From an uncultured Bacilli bacterium (lineage in GTDB: Bacteria > Bacillota_I > Bacilli_A > RFN20 > CAG-826), in contig CALVXK010000002.1 in assembly GCA_944369075.1 (NCBI GenBank), positions 53,011-117,010 on the forward strand: a stretch of 64,000 nucleotides of DNA. Direction: 5' to 3'. Below, piece by piece: positions 45,520-55,883 of the stretch. The notes beneath the pieces are model-generated. The model ran no database searches and had not been told where the DNA came from. It was given only the letters and a program-made list of their open reading frames with translations. Made by a program: the position numbers and the translations under genes. The number at the start of each line of letters is the position of its first letter. Position 1 is the first letter of the stretch.

Positions 45520-47175
45520 TTATTTTTTCTTTAAGTATTTAGCACAGTCTAATGAAACCGCAGCTAAGACAATAATACCTTTAATAGCTAATTGGTAGTT
45601 AGTGTCAGTAATACCTAAATATGGAAGAATAATTGTAATCATTTGGAATAATAAAGCACCAATGACAACACCTCTAATTTTACCAACACCACCAGTGAAT
45701 GAAACACCACCAACAACACAAGCAGCGATAGCATCTGTTTCCATACCTTGACCAGTTTGAGCACGGACGTTACCAGAATAGACACCATACATAGAACCAC
45801 CAATACCATAATAGATACCAGCTAAGACGAATACTACTAATGTAGTACGGAAGACGGAAATACCAGAGACACTAGCTGCTTCTGGGTTGCCACCAACGGC
45901 AAACATATTTTTACCAAATTTAGTCTTGTTCCAGATGAACCACATGATAAGTACACCGACAATAGCATAAATAACCATGATGGATAAACCAGAATTTCCC
46001 ATTGTTCCAGAAACCCATTGTTTGACAGTTGGATCTGGGTTACCTGTGAAAGAGTTACCAGTCATACCAGCCATAATACCAAATGTGAACAATTGAGTAG
46101 CTAAAGTTGAAATGAATGGGTGCATTTTGAATTTAGCAGAGAAGAAACCTGCAATGGATGTGATTATAACACAGCAGACAATTGATAAGGCAAAGCCAAT
46201 TACAACTCTAAGTCCAAGTGGAATTGCGGAGAAGTCAGGACTAACTCCGAAGAATGTAACTGATGTTGTACCAGTTGTTGTAACAAACATACCTGTCATA
46301 ACAGATGCTAAGCCAACTAATCTACCAACAGAAAGGTCAGTACCTGCAAGGACAATTAAGCCAGCAACACCTAATGCTAAGAAGGTCTTAGGAGCTGTTT
46401 GGTTAAGAATAAGTAAGATTGTTGAAAGATTTAATAAGAAGCCACCGTTTTGAGCAGCATAGAATATAATTGCGAAAATTAATAATGCAATAATAGCAAG
46501 ATAAAGACCATTATTTAAAATAAATGTCTTAGTATTGAAAGAATACTTATAATTTTCAGCTTTTGAACTTAAATTATCTAAAACTGGTAATTTCTTGTTA
46601 TTTGCTGTTTCTATTGAATTAAATTTTGTGAGGTAGAGCTGATGTAATTCATCATCTAATTTATCACTTTGATCAACGAAACCAACTTTTAAGTCATCAG
46701 CAATTTGCTTATGAGCAACTTTTAAGTCTTTAATTCTCATAGCAAGATTTTCTCCGCCTTCACTCTTTGCTTGAGCTAAAGCGTTTTTAAATCTTTCATT
46801 TTCCGATGCTAAATCAGCTTTATATTTTTCTTTTAAAGCTAACTTCTTTTGTTTATTATCAACTTTCTTTTCAGCAATATAAGAATCAGTATTTCCTTTA
46901 ATATAAGAAATTAAACTTGAAACTTTTTCTTTAATTGTGTCTTTGTTATTAGCTGCATCTTCTTTAGCAACTTTTAAGTCTTCTTTACACTTAGCGATAA
47001 GTTTTCCCTTTGTTTCTTTATCAAGTTGCTTGTTTTTCTTAACGTTTGTAATTTCGTTTCTAAGATTTTCAATCTTAGTAACACCATTTAAACGTAAATT
47101 ATCAAGTTCAGCTTGTTTTGCATCAACTTCTTTTAAGAATTGATCCATTGGGACAACTTGTATAGTATTTTCCAT
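45520..47175 (-). CDS. Sugar ABC transporter permease (MglC/RbsC family) with a roughly 215-aa N-terminal coiled-coil extension
   Basis: The C-terminal roughly 335 aa is a typical permease (GTDLSVGRLVG). The N-terminal part is K/E/D/L-rich with no TM segment. Confidence 0.8.
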   Translation of the reverse strand: MENTIQVVPMDQFLKEVDAKQAELDNLRLNGVTKIENLRNEITNVKKNKQLDKETKGKLIAKCKEDLKVAKEDAANNKDTIKEKVSSLISYIKGNTDSYIAEKKVDNKQKKLALKEKYKADLASENERFKNALAQAKSEGGENLAMRIKDLKVAHKQIADDLKVGFVDQSDKLDDELHQLYLTKFNSIETANNKKLPVLDNLSSKAENYKYSFNTKTFILNNGLYLAIIALLIFAIIFYAAQNGGFLLNLSTILLILNQTAPKTFLALGVAGLIVLAGTDLSVGRLVGLASVMTGMFVTTTGTTSVTFFGVSPDFSAIPLGLRVVIGFALSIVCCVIITSIAGFFSAKFKMHPFISTLATQLFTFGIMAGMTGNSFTGNPDPTVKQWVSGTMGNSGLSIMVIYAIVGVLIMWFIWNKTKFGKNMFAVGGNPEAASVSGISVFRTTLVVFVLAGIYYGIGGSMYGVYSGNVRAQTGQGMETDAIAACVVGGVSFTGGVGKIRGVVIGALLFQMITIILPYLGITDTNYQLAIKGIIVLAAVSLDCAKYLKKK

Positions 47176-47189
47176 AACTATTTCCCTCT

Positions 47190-48686
47190 CTATAAGTATT
47201 TTGCACTAAGACGTAACAATTCTTCTTGGTTTGTTTCTTTAGTGTTAACAACACCAGCTAGACGATAGTTACTCATAACTGCAATTCTATTAGTAATACC
47301 TAAAATCTCAGGCATTTCACTAGATACGACGATACAGGTTTTACCTTGTTTAGCCATATTAATGATTAATTGATAAATTTCATATTTAGCACCGACATCG
47401 ATACCTCTTGTTGGCTCATCAAGCAAGAATACTTCAGGATCTCTTTCAAGCCATTTACCAATAATAACCTTTTGTTGGTTACCACCTGAAAGAGCTGTAA
47501 TATTATCATTAGGACCCATACATTTTGTATGCATTTTACTGATTTCTCTAATTGTAGCATCCTTCATCTTTTTGTTATCAAGAGCTGGGCCGGTCATATA
47601 TTTATCTAAAGCTGTAATAGTAGTGTTAAAAATCAAATTTCCTTTAGCAAACATACCATTTGCTTTTCTTTCCTCTGTAACGAATGCAAAGTTATATTCC
47701 ATTGCTTCTTTAGAGTTTTTAAATTTGACCTCTTTACCTTTATATATAATTTTACCTGTCTTAACAGTTCTTAAACCAAATAAAGTTTCAAGTAATTCAC
47801 TACGTCCAGCACCAACAAGTCCATAAATTCCAAAGACTTCGCCTTTTTTAACTGAAAAAGAAATATCATTTAAAAAAGGTGCGTATTGAGTTGAAAGACC
47901 TTTTAACTCTAAAACAGTTTCTCCAGGAGTGTTATCTACAGGAGGGAATCTTTGATCCAATGAACGACCAACCATTGCTGAAATTAATTCGTTCATAGTA
48001 GTTTCTTTAGTAGGTTTAGTCATAATCATTTGACCATCTCTAAGAACTGAAACTTCATCGCAGATTTCAAAAACTTCATCCATCTTATGTGAAATATAAA
48101 CGAAACTAATACCTTGTTTTCTTAAGTCATCAACAATAGAAAATAATTTTCTAACTTCTCTTTCAGTTAATGAAGAAGTTGGCTCATCCAAAACAATAAT
48201 TTTAGCGTTATATGAGACCGCTTTTGCAATTTCACACATTTGTCTTTGTGAAACTGACATAGTTCTCATTAATTGTTTAGGGTTAACGTACATTTTTAAT
48301 CTTGCAAAAAGATTTTTTGTTTCATTTAACATGTATCTTTCATCAACGAAGCCGCCCTTTGTTGGGTACTTACCAAGCCACATGTTATCTAAAACTGTTC
48401 TATCTAAACATTGATTTAACTCTTGATGGACCATTGCAACGCCATTTTCAAGAGCATCTTTAGGACCTGAAAAGTTAACAGGTCTTCCATCAAAAACAAT
48501 TGAACCATCATCACGGTCATAAATACCGAAAAGGCACTTCATCATTGTAGATTTACCAGCACCGTTTTCGCCCATAAGACCCATAACAGTTCCTTTTTTA
48601 ACTTTAAGGTTTATATCTTTTAAGACGTGGTTTTTACCAAAAGATTTTGAAAGGTTTTCTATTTCTAATATATATTCGTTTTCCAT
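47190..48686 (-). CDS. Sugar ABC transporter ATP-binding protein (MglA/RbsA type, duplicated NBD)
   Basis: GENGAGKST, IIVLDEPTSSL, LSGGNQQK and FLLDEPTRGIDV motifs. Confidence 0.88.
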   Translation of the reverse strand: MENEYILEIENLSKSFGKNHVLKDINLKVKKGTVMGLMGENGAGKSTMMKCLFGIYDRDDGSIVFDGRPVNFSGPKDALENGVAMVHQELNQCLDRTVLDNMWLGKYPTKGGFVDERYMLNETKNLFARLKMYVNPKQLMRTMSVSQRQMCEIAKAVSYNAKIIVLDEPTSSLTEREVRKLFSIVDDLRKQGISFVYISHKMDEVFEICDEVSVLRDGQMIMTKPTKETTMNELISAMVGRSLDQRFPPVDNTPGETVLELKGLSTQYAPFLNDISFSVKKGEVFGIYGLVGAGRSELLETLFGLRTVKTGKIIYKGKEVKFKNSKEAMEYNFAFVTEERKANGMFAKGNLIFNTTITALDKYMTGPALDNKKMKDATIREISKMHTKCMGPNDNITALSGGNQQKVIIGKWLERDPEVFLLDEPTRGIDVGAKYEIYQLIINMAKQGKTCIVVSSEMPEILGITNRIAVMSNYRLAGVVNTKETNQEELLRLSAKYL

Positions 48687-48717
48687 CTTTTTTCCTCACA
48701 TCTATTAGTTTATTAAA

Positions 48718-48754
48718 ACGCCCATATAAAGCGATAATTATTATATGGGCGTTC
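48718..48754 (-). terminator. Intra-operon hairpin (attenuator) between the binding-protein and ATPase genes
   Basis: AACGCCCATATA pairs with TATATGGGCGTT (12-13 bp). On the minus strand TTAATAAAC follows, then RBS GAGGAAAAAAG. Confidence 0.55.
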
Positions 48755-48769
48755 ATTAGCAAAAACTTA

Positions 48770-49903
48770 TTATTTAGCTAATGCGTGGTACCAATCTTTA
48801 ATAATTTGACCTTGTGCAGCACCTTGACCTGTTGAGCCGGAACCGACGAAGTAAACGTTTGGTAATCCTGATAAGTCAGCAACACCTGAATCATCAGCTT
48901 TCTTAGGTTGTCTATTGAAGAAGACTACTGGTTTATCACCTGTAATGTCTAAGTATGATTCATAGTTAGCATGAGTAATGATATTTAATGCGAAGCAATC
49001 ATAATTGCCTTCAGCAGCAGCTGTTCTTACTCTTTCTTGTAAGTCAGTATCGTTAGAACCATCACCTGAAATTAATTCAGTTTCAAATCCTAAAGCTTGT
49101 GCATAATGAGGTAATGCTTGTTGATATGTTTCGTTAATGAAGTTATCGGTTGAGTTATATGTAACGATTAACATTTTCTTACCTTCAAGACCTTCGGTTG
49201 GATCAACATCAACATAAGAACCTGGTTTTAATGAATCAGCATTTTGTGCAGTAACAGCAGCGAATTCAGTTTGAACGATATGAGAATCGAATTCATCTAA
49301 GTTTAATGCAGCTTTTCCACCGTAATCAGCAGTAATAACTGGAGTATTGCCTAAGACTAAGTTTCCTAAGATAGTAGCTGTAGCTAAAGCTTGATCGTCA
49401 CCGTTTTGGGAAACTGAACCAGCGAGAGTACCTTCTTTAATCATATCGCAAGCTTGTGATAAAGCATCGAAACCAATGATTGGCATTCCTTTTGGTAAGC
49501 CTGTTGCACCAGCAGCAGCAATTGCCATACCATCGTTGTTAGAAACGATGAAGTCAATCTTACCAGCATATTGTTGTAATGCTCTTTCAACGAATTCTTT
49601 TGCAGCTTGGTCATTCCATGTAGAACCATCAGCAGCAACACATGTATGTCTTTCTAATTCTTTAGCAGTGAAGCCACCTTCTTTAGCAATTTCATTTAAA
49701 GCTTCGACACAGCCTTTAGTTCTATCTTCTGCTTCTGGGTTACCATCTTCACCAACACAAATGATGTATCCTAATTCACCATCAGCGACAGCATTTTCCC
49801 ATGTCCATTCAGTTGGGTTAGTTCCTCCTGTACCATTACAAGATACTAAACCTGCGCTTAATAAAGCAGCACATGCAAGACCTGGAATTAATCTTTTTTT
49901 CAT
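48770..49903 (-). CDS. Sugar-binding lipoprotein (periplasmic-binding-protein type I, MglB-like)
   Basis: Lipobox GLVSC. PBP-I layout, first gene of the operon, with RBS AGGAGG. Confidence 0.8.
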   Translation of the reverse strand: MKKRLIPGLACAALLSAGLVSCNGTGGTNPTEWTWENAVADGELGYIICVGEDGNPEAEDRTKGCVEALNEIAKEGGFTAKELERHTCVAADGSTWNDQAAKEFVERALQQYAGKIDFIVSNNDGMAIAAAGATGLPKGMPIIGFDALSQACDMIKEGTLAGSVSQNGDDQALATATILGNLVLGNTPVITADYGGKAALNLDEFDSHIVQTEFAAVTAQNADSLKPGSYVDVDPTEGLEGKKMLIVTYNSTDNFINETYQQALPHYAQALGFETELISGDGSNDTDLQERVRTAAAEGNYDCFALNIITHANYESYLDITGDKPVVFFNRQPKKADDSGVADLSGLPNVYFVGSGSTGQGAAQGQIIKDWYHALAK

Positions 49904-50003
49904 AATTATTATTTATTTCCTCCTAAATAATTCCAATTTTATCTGAAACATTTCTATGAAGAGAACTTTTAATAAAAACAGCATCTCTTCAGGTTTCAAA
50001 ATT

Positions 50004-50032
50004 ATTATAGTTTGAAAGCGCTTTCAATTCAA
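50004..50032 (-). promoter_or_regulatory. Near-consensus promoter with an embedded 14-bp palindromic LacI/CcpA-type operator
   Basis: On the minus strand, TTGAAT, a 17-nt spacer, then TATAAT. The spacer contains the perfect palindrome TGAAAGCGCTTTCA (50013-50026). Confidence 0.7.
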
Positions 50033-50228
50033 CAACTTTCTTTTAGCATTAAAAATAATGTAAATTAATGTTGATACTTGTGGCAATTTTTTCTCCAAAA
50101 TTTTTAATTTTTTTAAAAAATTGAATATTTTTTTACTCATTTATTACAAAAATATTGCTTTAACAAGTAAAAAATTAAGATAAATCTAAAAACTATATGT
50201 TTAAAAATGCTTTAAATTTAAATTTAAC

Positions 50229-51188
50229 TTAGTTTTCGTTTAAGGTTAAATAAACATCATATTTACGTTGTAAACATAAATTTTTTTGTTTTAAGTAAAG
50301 TTTTTTAAATAAGAAGTCGATTGCTTCGCTAGCAATTTTATCATAATCAAAGTCAATTGAAGCAAACCTATGGTTATATCCTAGTCTTCCTAAAGTATTG
50401 TCGTAACCTACGATAGTACATTTACGTAGTTGTTTAAGAAAGTTAGGATTTTTTTGAATGATTCTTGATAGTACTTCATCGTTATAGAAAAATATTCCTC
50501 GATAGCCATCTTTAATTGCTTGTTCTATTTTATCAATATCGTTTGAATCGATTAATTTGTAATCAATGTTATTCTCCCAAACTACTTTTAAAAATCCTTC
50601 TTCTCGACGATAAGAAGATTCGCTATTTGGTTCATATAAATAAATTAACTTATGTTCTTTTTTCTTAAATAAAAAAGTAGCTGCTAATTCTCCTCCTTTT
50701 AAATCGTCGGTATAAAAGAAAGAGACGATATTTGAAGTAGAGATTCTTCCAATTAAAATAATTTCAATATTATTTATTTTAGATAATTCGATTGCTTTTT
50801 CTTCTATTTCATTAAATGAAATAATGGCATCAATTTTACGATTAATACATTTTTTAATAATATTTTCATCTACTTTAGAATATTCATTTGTATTTAAAAC
50901 AACAATATCGAATCCTTTGTCGTTAAGTTTTAATCTTAATCTTTCTCCCATATAGGCAAAATATGGATTTAAGAAAGAATCAAAAATAAGACAAACGCTA
51001 TATTTTTTTAAATAACGTAAATCAAATTTTTTAGAAGCATAACCTAATCTAATTGCTTCTTTTCTAATTCTATCTTTTTCTTTTTCACTAATATCATCTA
51101 AATCTCTTAAAGCATGAGATACAGTATTAATCGAAACATTTAAAGATGATGCTATATCTTTTAAAGTAACTTTCTTTTCTTTTTCCAT
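50229..51188 (-). CDS. LacI-family transcriptional regulator
   Basis: N-terminal HTH VTLKDIASSLNVSINTVSHAL, followed by a PBP-like effector domain. Confidence 0.85.
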   Translation of the reverse strand: MEKEKKVTLKDIASSLNVSINTVSHALRDLDDISEKEKDRIRKEAIRLGYASKKFDLRYLKKYSVCLIFDSFLNPYFAYMGERLRLKLNDKGFDIVVLNTNEYSKVDENIIKKCINRKIDAIISFNEIEEKAIELSKINNIEIILIGRISTSNIVSFFYTDDLKGGELAATFLFKKKEHKLIYLYEPNSESSYRREEGFLKVVWENNIDYKLIDSNDIDKIEQAIKDGYRGIFFYNDEVLSRIIQKNPNFLKQLRKCTIVGYDNTLGRLGYNHRFASIDFDYDKIASEAIDFLFKKLYLKQKNLCLQRKYDVYLTLNEN

Positions 51189-51259
51189 AAGTTAGTTCTT
51201 TCTTTATTTAATATTATAAAGATAAAAGCAGAAAAAGTAAGATATAATAAAATAAAGAT

Positions 51260-52516
51260 ATGGAAAAAGATAAGGTTATAGCAGTTATAGACATGAAATC
51301 ATTTTATTCTTCTATAGAATGTGTAGAAAGAGGACTTGATCCTTTTTTTACTCCTTTAGCAGTTACCGATATTTCTAGAAAAGAAGCTTCAATTGTCTTA
51401 TCTGTTACTCCTTATTTAAAATCTAAAGGTGTTCCTAGTGTTTGTAGAAGAAGAGATTTACCTAAAAATATTGAAGGTATGATTTATGCTACTCCAAGAA
51501 TGGAGTTATATGTTAAAAAATCAGCCGAAATAGTTTCAATATTTTTAGATTTTGTTGGTTTAGACGATGTTTATACTTATTCGATTGATGAATCTTTTCT
51601 TAATTTAACACCTTATTTAAAACTATATAAGTTATCTCCTAGAGAATTATGCAAAAAAATTCTTAATAGAATTAAAAAACAAACTGGTTTAACTGCTACT
51701 TGTGGAATAGGTTCTAATATGTTTTTAGCTAAGGTTGCTGATGATATCTATGGCAAAAAAGATCCTCATTTTATAGGTGAAATTTATCTAGATGAAATAA
51801 AAGAAAAGTTATGGCCGATTAAACCATTAAATAAAATTTGGGGTATATCGACTGGATATTTAACTAGATTAAACCGTATTGGAATTTATAGCGTTAAAGA
51901 TCTTGCAAATTATCATAAAGATAAATTAATTGATTTATTTGGAGTACTTGGAGAAGAATTACATAATCACGCTAACGGAATTGATGAAGCAGATATTAGA
52001 GAAAGATATAATCCTTTAAATAAAGCAATAAGTAATGGCCAAGTATTAATGAAAGATTATACTAAAAAAGGAGCTTTACTTGTTTTAAAAGAAATGAATG
52101 ATGATTTATGTTTTAGATTAAGACAAATAAGAAAAAGAACTTCTACAATTAGTGTTATGGTTGGTTATTCTTTAACAAGTGATGAAATAGGATTTTCTCA
52201 TTCATTAAAGCTTCTTAAACCAAGTGATAATAATAAAGAGATATATGATGCAATTAAATATATTTTCGAAACATATATTGAGGATAAACCTATTAGAAGA
52301 TTAAATATATCTTTTAGTGGGTTAGTTACCCCTAGTTATGACCAACTTTCTTTATTTGAAGATTATGAAGATACATTAGAAGAAGAAAAAATGTTTACCT
52401 ATATGGATGAAATATTAAATAAATATGGTAAAAGTAAATTATTAAAACTAGATTCAAAAACGAAAGATTCAACAATTAAAGAAAGACATAATCAAATTGG
52501 TGGGCACCATAAATAA
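51260..52516 (+). CDS. Y-family DNA polymerase (ImpB/MucB/SamB-type)
   Basis: IAVIDMKSFYSSIE N-terminus, and SIDESFLNL with the catalytic acidic residues. Confidence 0.8.
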   Translation: MEKDKVIAVIDMKSFYSSIECVERGLDPFFTPLAVTDISRKEASIVLSVTPYLKSKGVPSVCRRRDLPKNIEGMIYATPRMELYVKKSAEIVSIFLDFVGLDDVYTYSIDESFLNLTPYLKLYKLSPRELCKKILNRIKKQTGLTATCGIGSNMFLAKVADDIYGKKDPHFIGEIYLDEIKEKLWPIKPLNKIWGISTGYLTRLNRIGIYSVKDLANYHKDKLIDLFGVLGEELHNHANGIDEADIRERYNPLNKAISNGQVLMKDYTKKGALLVLKEMNDDLCFRLRQIRKRTSTISVMVGYSLTSDEIGFSHSLKLLKPSDNNKEIYDAIKYIFETYIEDKPIRRLNISFSGLVTPSYDQLSLFEDYEDTLEEEKMFTYMDEILNKYGKSKLLKLDSKTKDSTIKERHNQIGGHHK

Positions 52517-52563
52517 CAATCGACTTAATTGTTTTTCTAATATATAAGTTCTAAAATATAATC

Positions 52564-53160
52564 ATGTTTAAAAAATCATTATTAATAATTAGCTTATTAG
52601 TTTTATCAAATTTATCTACTTTAACTTCTTGTAACAATAATAAGGAGTCATTTAGTTTTGATTTTCTTTTAAATGCTCCTGAAGTAAATAAAGATTGTTT
52701 AATCAAATCACTTTCTTTGCCTAAAGAGGTAACGACTATTCCAACTACTATAACATATAATTTTTCATTTAGTTATGACCCAAACTTAATTATAAAAAAG
52801 TCATTATTTAATTTAAATATTCTTAACTTCGAAGAAGTTAATCAAATCATGTTTAAACTTTATAATAACATCGATGTACTTCGTAAATTTAATGAAATTA
52901 CTTCGTTAGATACAAGTGAATTAATATTAACTACTACTATTGATGAAGAAAATGAACTAGGAACATATGCTTTAAACCTATATGCTAAAGGTTACTTTTT
53001 CAAATATAAGTTAGATTTAACTATAACAAAAGATACTTATAGTTTTCCTTTAAGTGTATATATTTATAACTTTAATAGGTATGAACCAAAAATTGATTAC
53101 TTTAAATCTTACGATGATTTTATTAATTTTAAATACGATAACTATAATGAAAATATTTAA
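52564..53160 (+). CDS. Hypothetical lipoprotein
   Basis: Signal peptide with lipobox LTSC. No recognisable domain. Confidence 0.5.
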   Translation: MFKKSLLIISLLVLSNLSTLTSCNNNKESFSFDFLLNAPEVNKDCLIKSLSLPKEVTTIPTTITYNFSFSYDPNLIIKKSLFNLNILNFEEVNQIMFKLYNNIDVLRKFNEITSLDTSELILTTTIDEENELGTYALNLYAKGYFFKYKLDLTITKDTYSFPLSVYIYNFNRYEPKIDYFKSYDDFINFKYDNYNENI

Positions 53161-53173
53161 GTATAAAGTTAAT

Positions 53174-53578
53174 TTATTTAAGTAAATTAACTTTATTTTT
53201 ATTAATCTTTAAGTATAAATAAATGTAAATTATTAAATAAGTAATAGAAATTATAATAAGTAATGTACCAATAATAATACCTAAATAAAAGATAATTGCT
53301 TCTAAAGAAGAATAGGCAAAATATTGTTCTCCATTAGCTTTAGTAATTATTGACATTGGATAAAATATAATTCCAGTTATTAAAATAATAAATCCAATAA
53401 AAAATTCACATAAAGTCTTATTTTTAATTGCATTTGCTCTATCTAAATAAGAATAAGTAGCTTTTAATAAGTTTTCTTTTTCGCCTACATCAATAGATTC
53501 TAAGTCTTTATCATTTAATCTTTTAATTTTAATTAACTCACAAATTTCTTTAATAACCATATTTAAATTATAATTCAC
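53174..53578 (-). CDS. Hypothetical membrane protein, full-length copy of the repeat family
   Basis: A 55-aa soluble N-terminal part is followed by two TM helices. The N-terminal 60 aa is paralogous to the fragment at 56514-56702. Confidence 0.5.
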   Translation of the reverse strand: MNYNLNMVIKEICELIKIKRLNDKDLESIDVGEKENLLKATYSYLDRANAIKNKTLCEFFIGFIILITGIIFYPMSIITKANGEQYFAYSSLEAIIFYLGIIIGTLLIIISITYLIIYIYLYLKINKNKVNLLK

Positions 53579-53719
53579 TTTCTATCTAAGTTTAATAACT
53601 TAATTTCCTTAATCTTACTTTGCATCTTCTATCCTTATTATATATAAAACAGAATATTAAAACTTTAGATTAATAAATCGAGATTTATTTAAATCTACAT
53701 AAAATATATTTTATTTAAT

Positions 53720-54196
53720 TTATGGTTTAATAAATAAAGATATATAACTAACAATATGGTCATCAATGATATTACTTTTATATGCTTCTTCTAAAGTATA
53801 CATATTATTTTGATAAAAAACATAAGGTAGATAACTTGGTGGAGAGAATGTTAATGTATTATTACCTAAAGTTATATTTATTTCTACTTGTGGTTCCATT
53901 CCATAAGTTGCAAGAGCAAGAACAACTATTTTATCTTTATTTAAATAATAACTACCATAATATGCGACTACTCTAATGTCTTTTGATAAATCTAAAAATT
54001 TATTAGTATTTTTACGATATATATCTTTATATGAGTTTAATTCTTCAAAAGTCAAAGTATTATCAATAAAATTAGTATCTTTATTAATTAGAATAGGTTC
54101 ATCTAATTTCTTAAAATCATAATTTTCACAAGATGAAAGTGATATAGAGGCAGTAAAAAGAGAAATGATAGAAAATATTTTACTTATTTTATTCAT
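53720..54196 (-). CDS. Hypothetical lipoprotein, paralog A
   Basis: Lipobox LSSC and RBS GGAGG. It shares a YYG.Y ... TL..AY.S..I.DD....I.LFI pattern with the upstream gene. Confidence 0.55.
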   Translation of the reverse strand: MNKISKIFSIISLFTASISLSSCENYDFKKLDEPILINKDTNFIDNTLTFEELNSYKDIYRKNTNKFLDLSKDIRVVAYYGSYYLNKDKIVVLALATYGMEPQVEINITLGNNTLTFSPPSYLPYVFYQNNMYTLEEAYKSNIIDDHIVSYISLFIKP

Positions 54197-54210
54197 ACTT
54201 CTTCCTCCAT

Positions 54211-54669
54211 TTAAGAATGATATTCTTCATAATAATTAATAAATAGTTCTATACTTGATAAAACATCATCATTTATTAACTTTGAAGAATAAGCAGCTGA
54301 TAAAGTTATTAAATCGTCCTCATAATATAAATAAGGTTCGAGTCCATCATTAAAAATCAAATCATATTCACCTAGTTCTAAGTTAATTGGATTATTTGTA
54401 GTAATATCGGCTATTTTTAAAGAGAAAATATATCCTATAGAATCATCTAGTCTATAAGTCCCATAATAAGAACTAAAGTTCACATCATTAAAAGGATCAT
54501 TACAAGAAATATTATTTAATTCTAAATAATCTTTTTTTATTTCTAAAATGGCTTCATAGGTTAAGTTACCTAGATATTGGTAATTATCTTCAATTCTATA
54601 GTTATTACCGCAAGAAGTTAGGGTTAAGCCTATACTTAACATTGCACCTATTATTATTTTTTTGTTCAT
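54211..54669 (-). CDS. Hypothetical lipoprotein, paralog B
   Basis: The likely start is the inner ATG at 54669 (MNKKIIIGAMLSIGLTLTSC). It forms an ATGA overlap with the S8 protease stop codon. Confidence 0.55.
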   Translation of the reverse strand: MNKKIIIGAMLSIGLTLTSCGNNYRIEDNYQYLGNLTYEAILEIKKDYLELNNISCNDPFNDVNFSSYYGTYRLDDSIGYIFSLKIADITTNNPINLELGEYDLIFNDGLEPYLYYEDDLITLSAAYSSKLINDDVLSSIELFINYYEEYHS

Positions 54670-55883
54670 AAAGAATTTAAAGCACCTATAATATTTAATG
54701 CCCCTCCCGAAACACATTTATTTTTAAAATTGTCTCTTATATCAACAGAATCTAGTATAATCTCTTTTATTTCTACAGGATTTAATTTAGGATTTTCTGC
54801 TAAAATCAAAGCAGCACAAGCAGCAACTATAGGAGTTGCAAAAGATGTGCCATTAACATATGTAAAGCTATTATTAAGAGTGGTTGTATAGATTTTATAG
54901 CCAGGAGCAAATAAATCGACAAACTCTTTACTATAATTATAAACGATATTCCCGCTTGAATTATATGCACCTACAGAAATTATATTATCAAGATCATAAG
55001 CAGCAGGATAGTGAATATCTCCATTTGGATTTTCTGGTGTAAAACTTCCTGAAGCTGTAACAAATAATCCATCAAAATTTCTAATAGTTGCTTCTAAAAT
55101 TGAAGAATATGTAGCCATGCCTCCACTAAAGTTTAGAATATCAATACCTATACTATTTGCATAATTAATAGCAGCAATAACCTGGCTTAATGTTGTTGTT
55201 GTATCCCATTCTATCCTTAAAGAGCATACATTTGTATCAGGAGCTATACCAGTAAAACCGATATTATTATTTGGATTAGCTGAGATTATTCCTGCAACTT
55301 TGGTTCCGTGGCCAAACGTATCATCTAAAGCATAAGGGCCATAAAAAGTTTTACTTAAATCTCTATTAAATTTATTATTAAAGTCTTTATGAGTTTCATC
55401 AATTCCGGAATCAATAATTCCTAAGAGAACTTGCGGACTGCCATAACCAAATTTTGAGTGAATTTGTGAGACTTGTAATTCTTTAAGGTACCATTCATCA
55501 TCGTAAGGGTCATTAGCCAAAGTCTCAATTGAAAAATAAGTATCTCCTGGAATTTTTATTGGCGTATCAGATTCTATAGTTTTAGCTATATTGTTTTGTC
55601 TTAAAGCTAATATTGCGTTGTAAGTTTCTTCTGCATTTGAAAATGTGGCAGCATAAGTATATATATTTTCATTTAAAAGTTTATTTCCGGAAATATTATA
55701 AAACTCACTAGCGTTTATATTTAAATCGGTTAAATGTGAATTTGTTAAAAAAGCAGGGGATGTAAAAATGATAGAAGTTGATTCGTTTAAAATATTATTT
55801 CCGGTTCCTTTAAAACTACATAGGAAAAATGGCAAAACTAAAAAAATATCACTTTTTATGAAATTTCTTTTTGTCACAATCAA
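54666..55883 (-). CDS. Subtilisin-like serine protease (peptidase S8), secreted
   Basis: Catalytic triad contexts GIIDSGID, HGTKVAGI and GTSFATPIVA. The N-terminus is hydrophobic, and a propeptide-like region precedes the catalytic domain. Confidence 0.85.
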   Translation of the reverse strand: MIVTKRNFIKSDIFLVLPFFLCSFKGTGNNILNESTSIIFTSPAFLTNSHLTDLNINASEFYNISGNKLLNENIYTYAATFSNAEETYNAILALRQNNIAKTIESDTPIKIPGDTYFSIETLANDPYDDEWYLKELQVSQIHSKFGYGSPQVLLGIIDSGIDETHKDFNNKFNRDLSKTFYGPYALDDTFGHGTKVAGIISANPNNNIGFTGIAPDTNVCSLRIEWDTTTTLSQVIAAINYANSIGIDILNFSGGMATYSSILEATIRNFDGLFVTASGSFTPENPNGDIHYPAAYDLDNIISVGAYNSSGNIVYNYSKEFVDLFAPGYKIYTTTLNNSFTYVNGTSFATPIVAACAALILAENPKLNPVEIKEIILDSVDIRDNFKNKCVSGGALNIIGALNSL

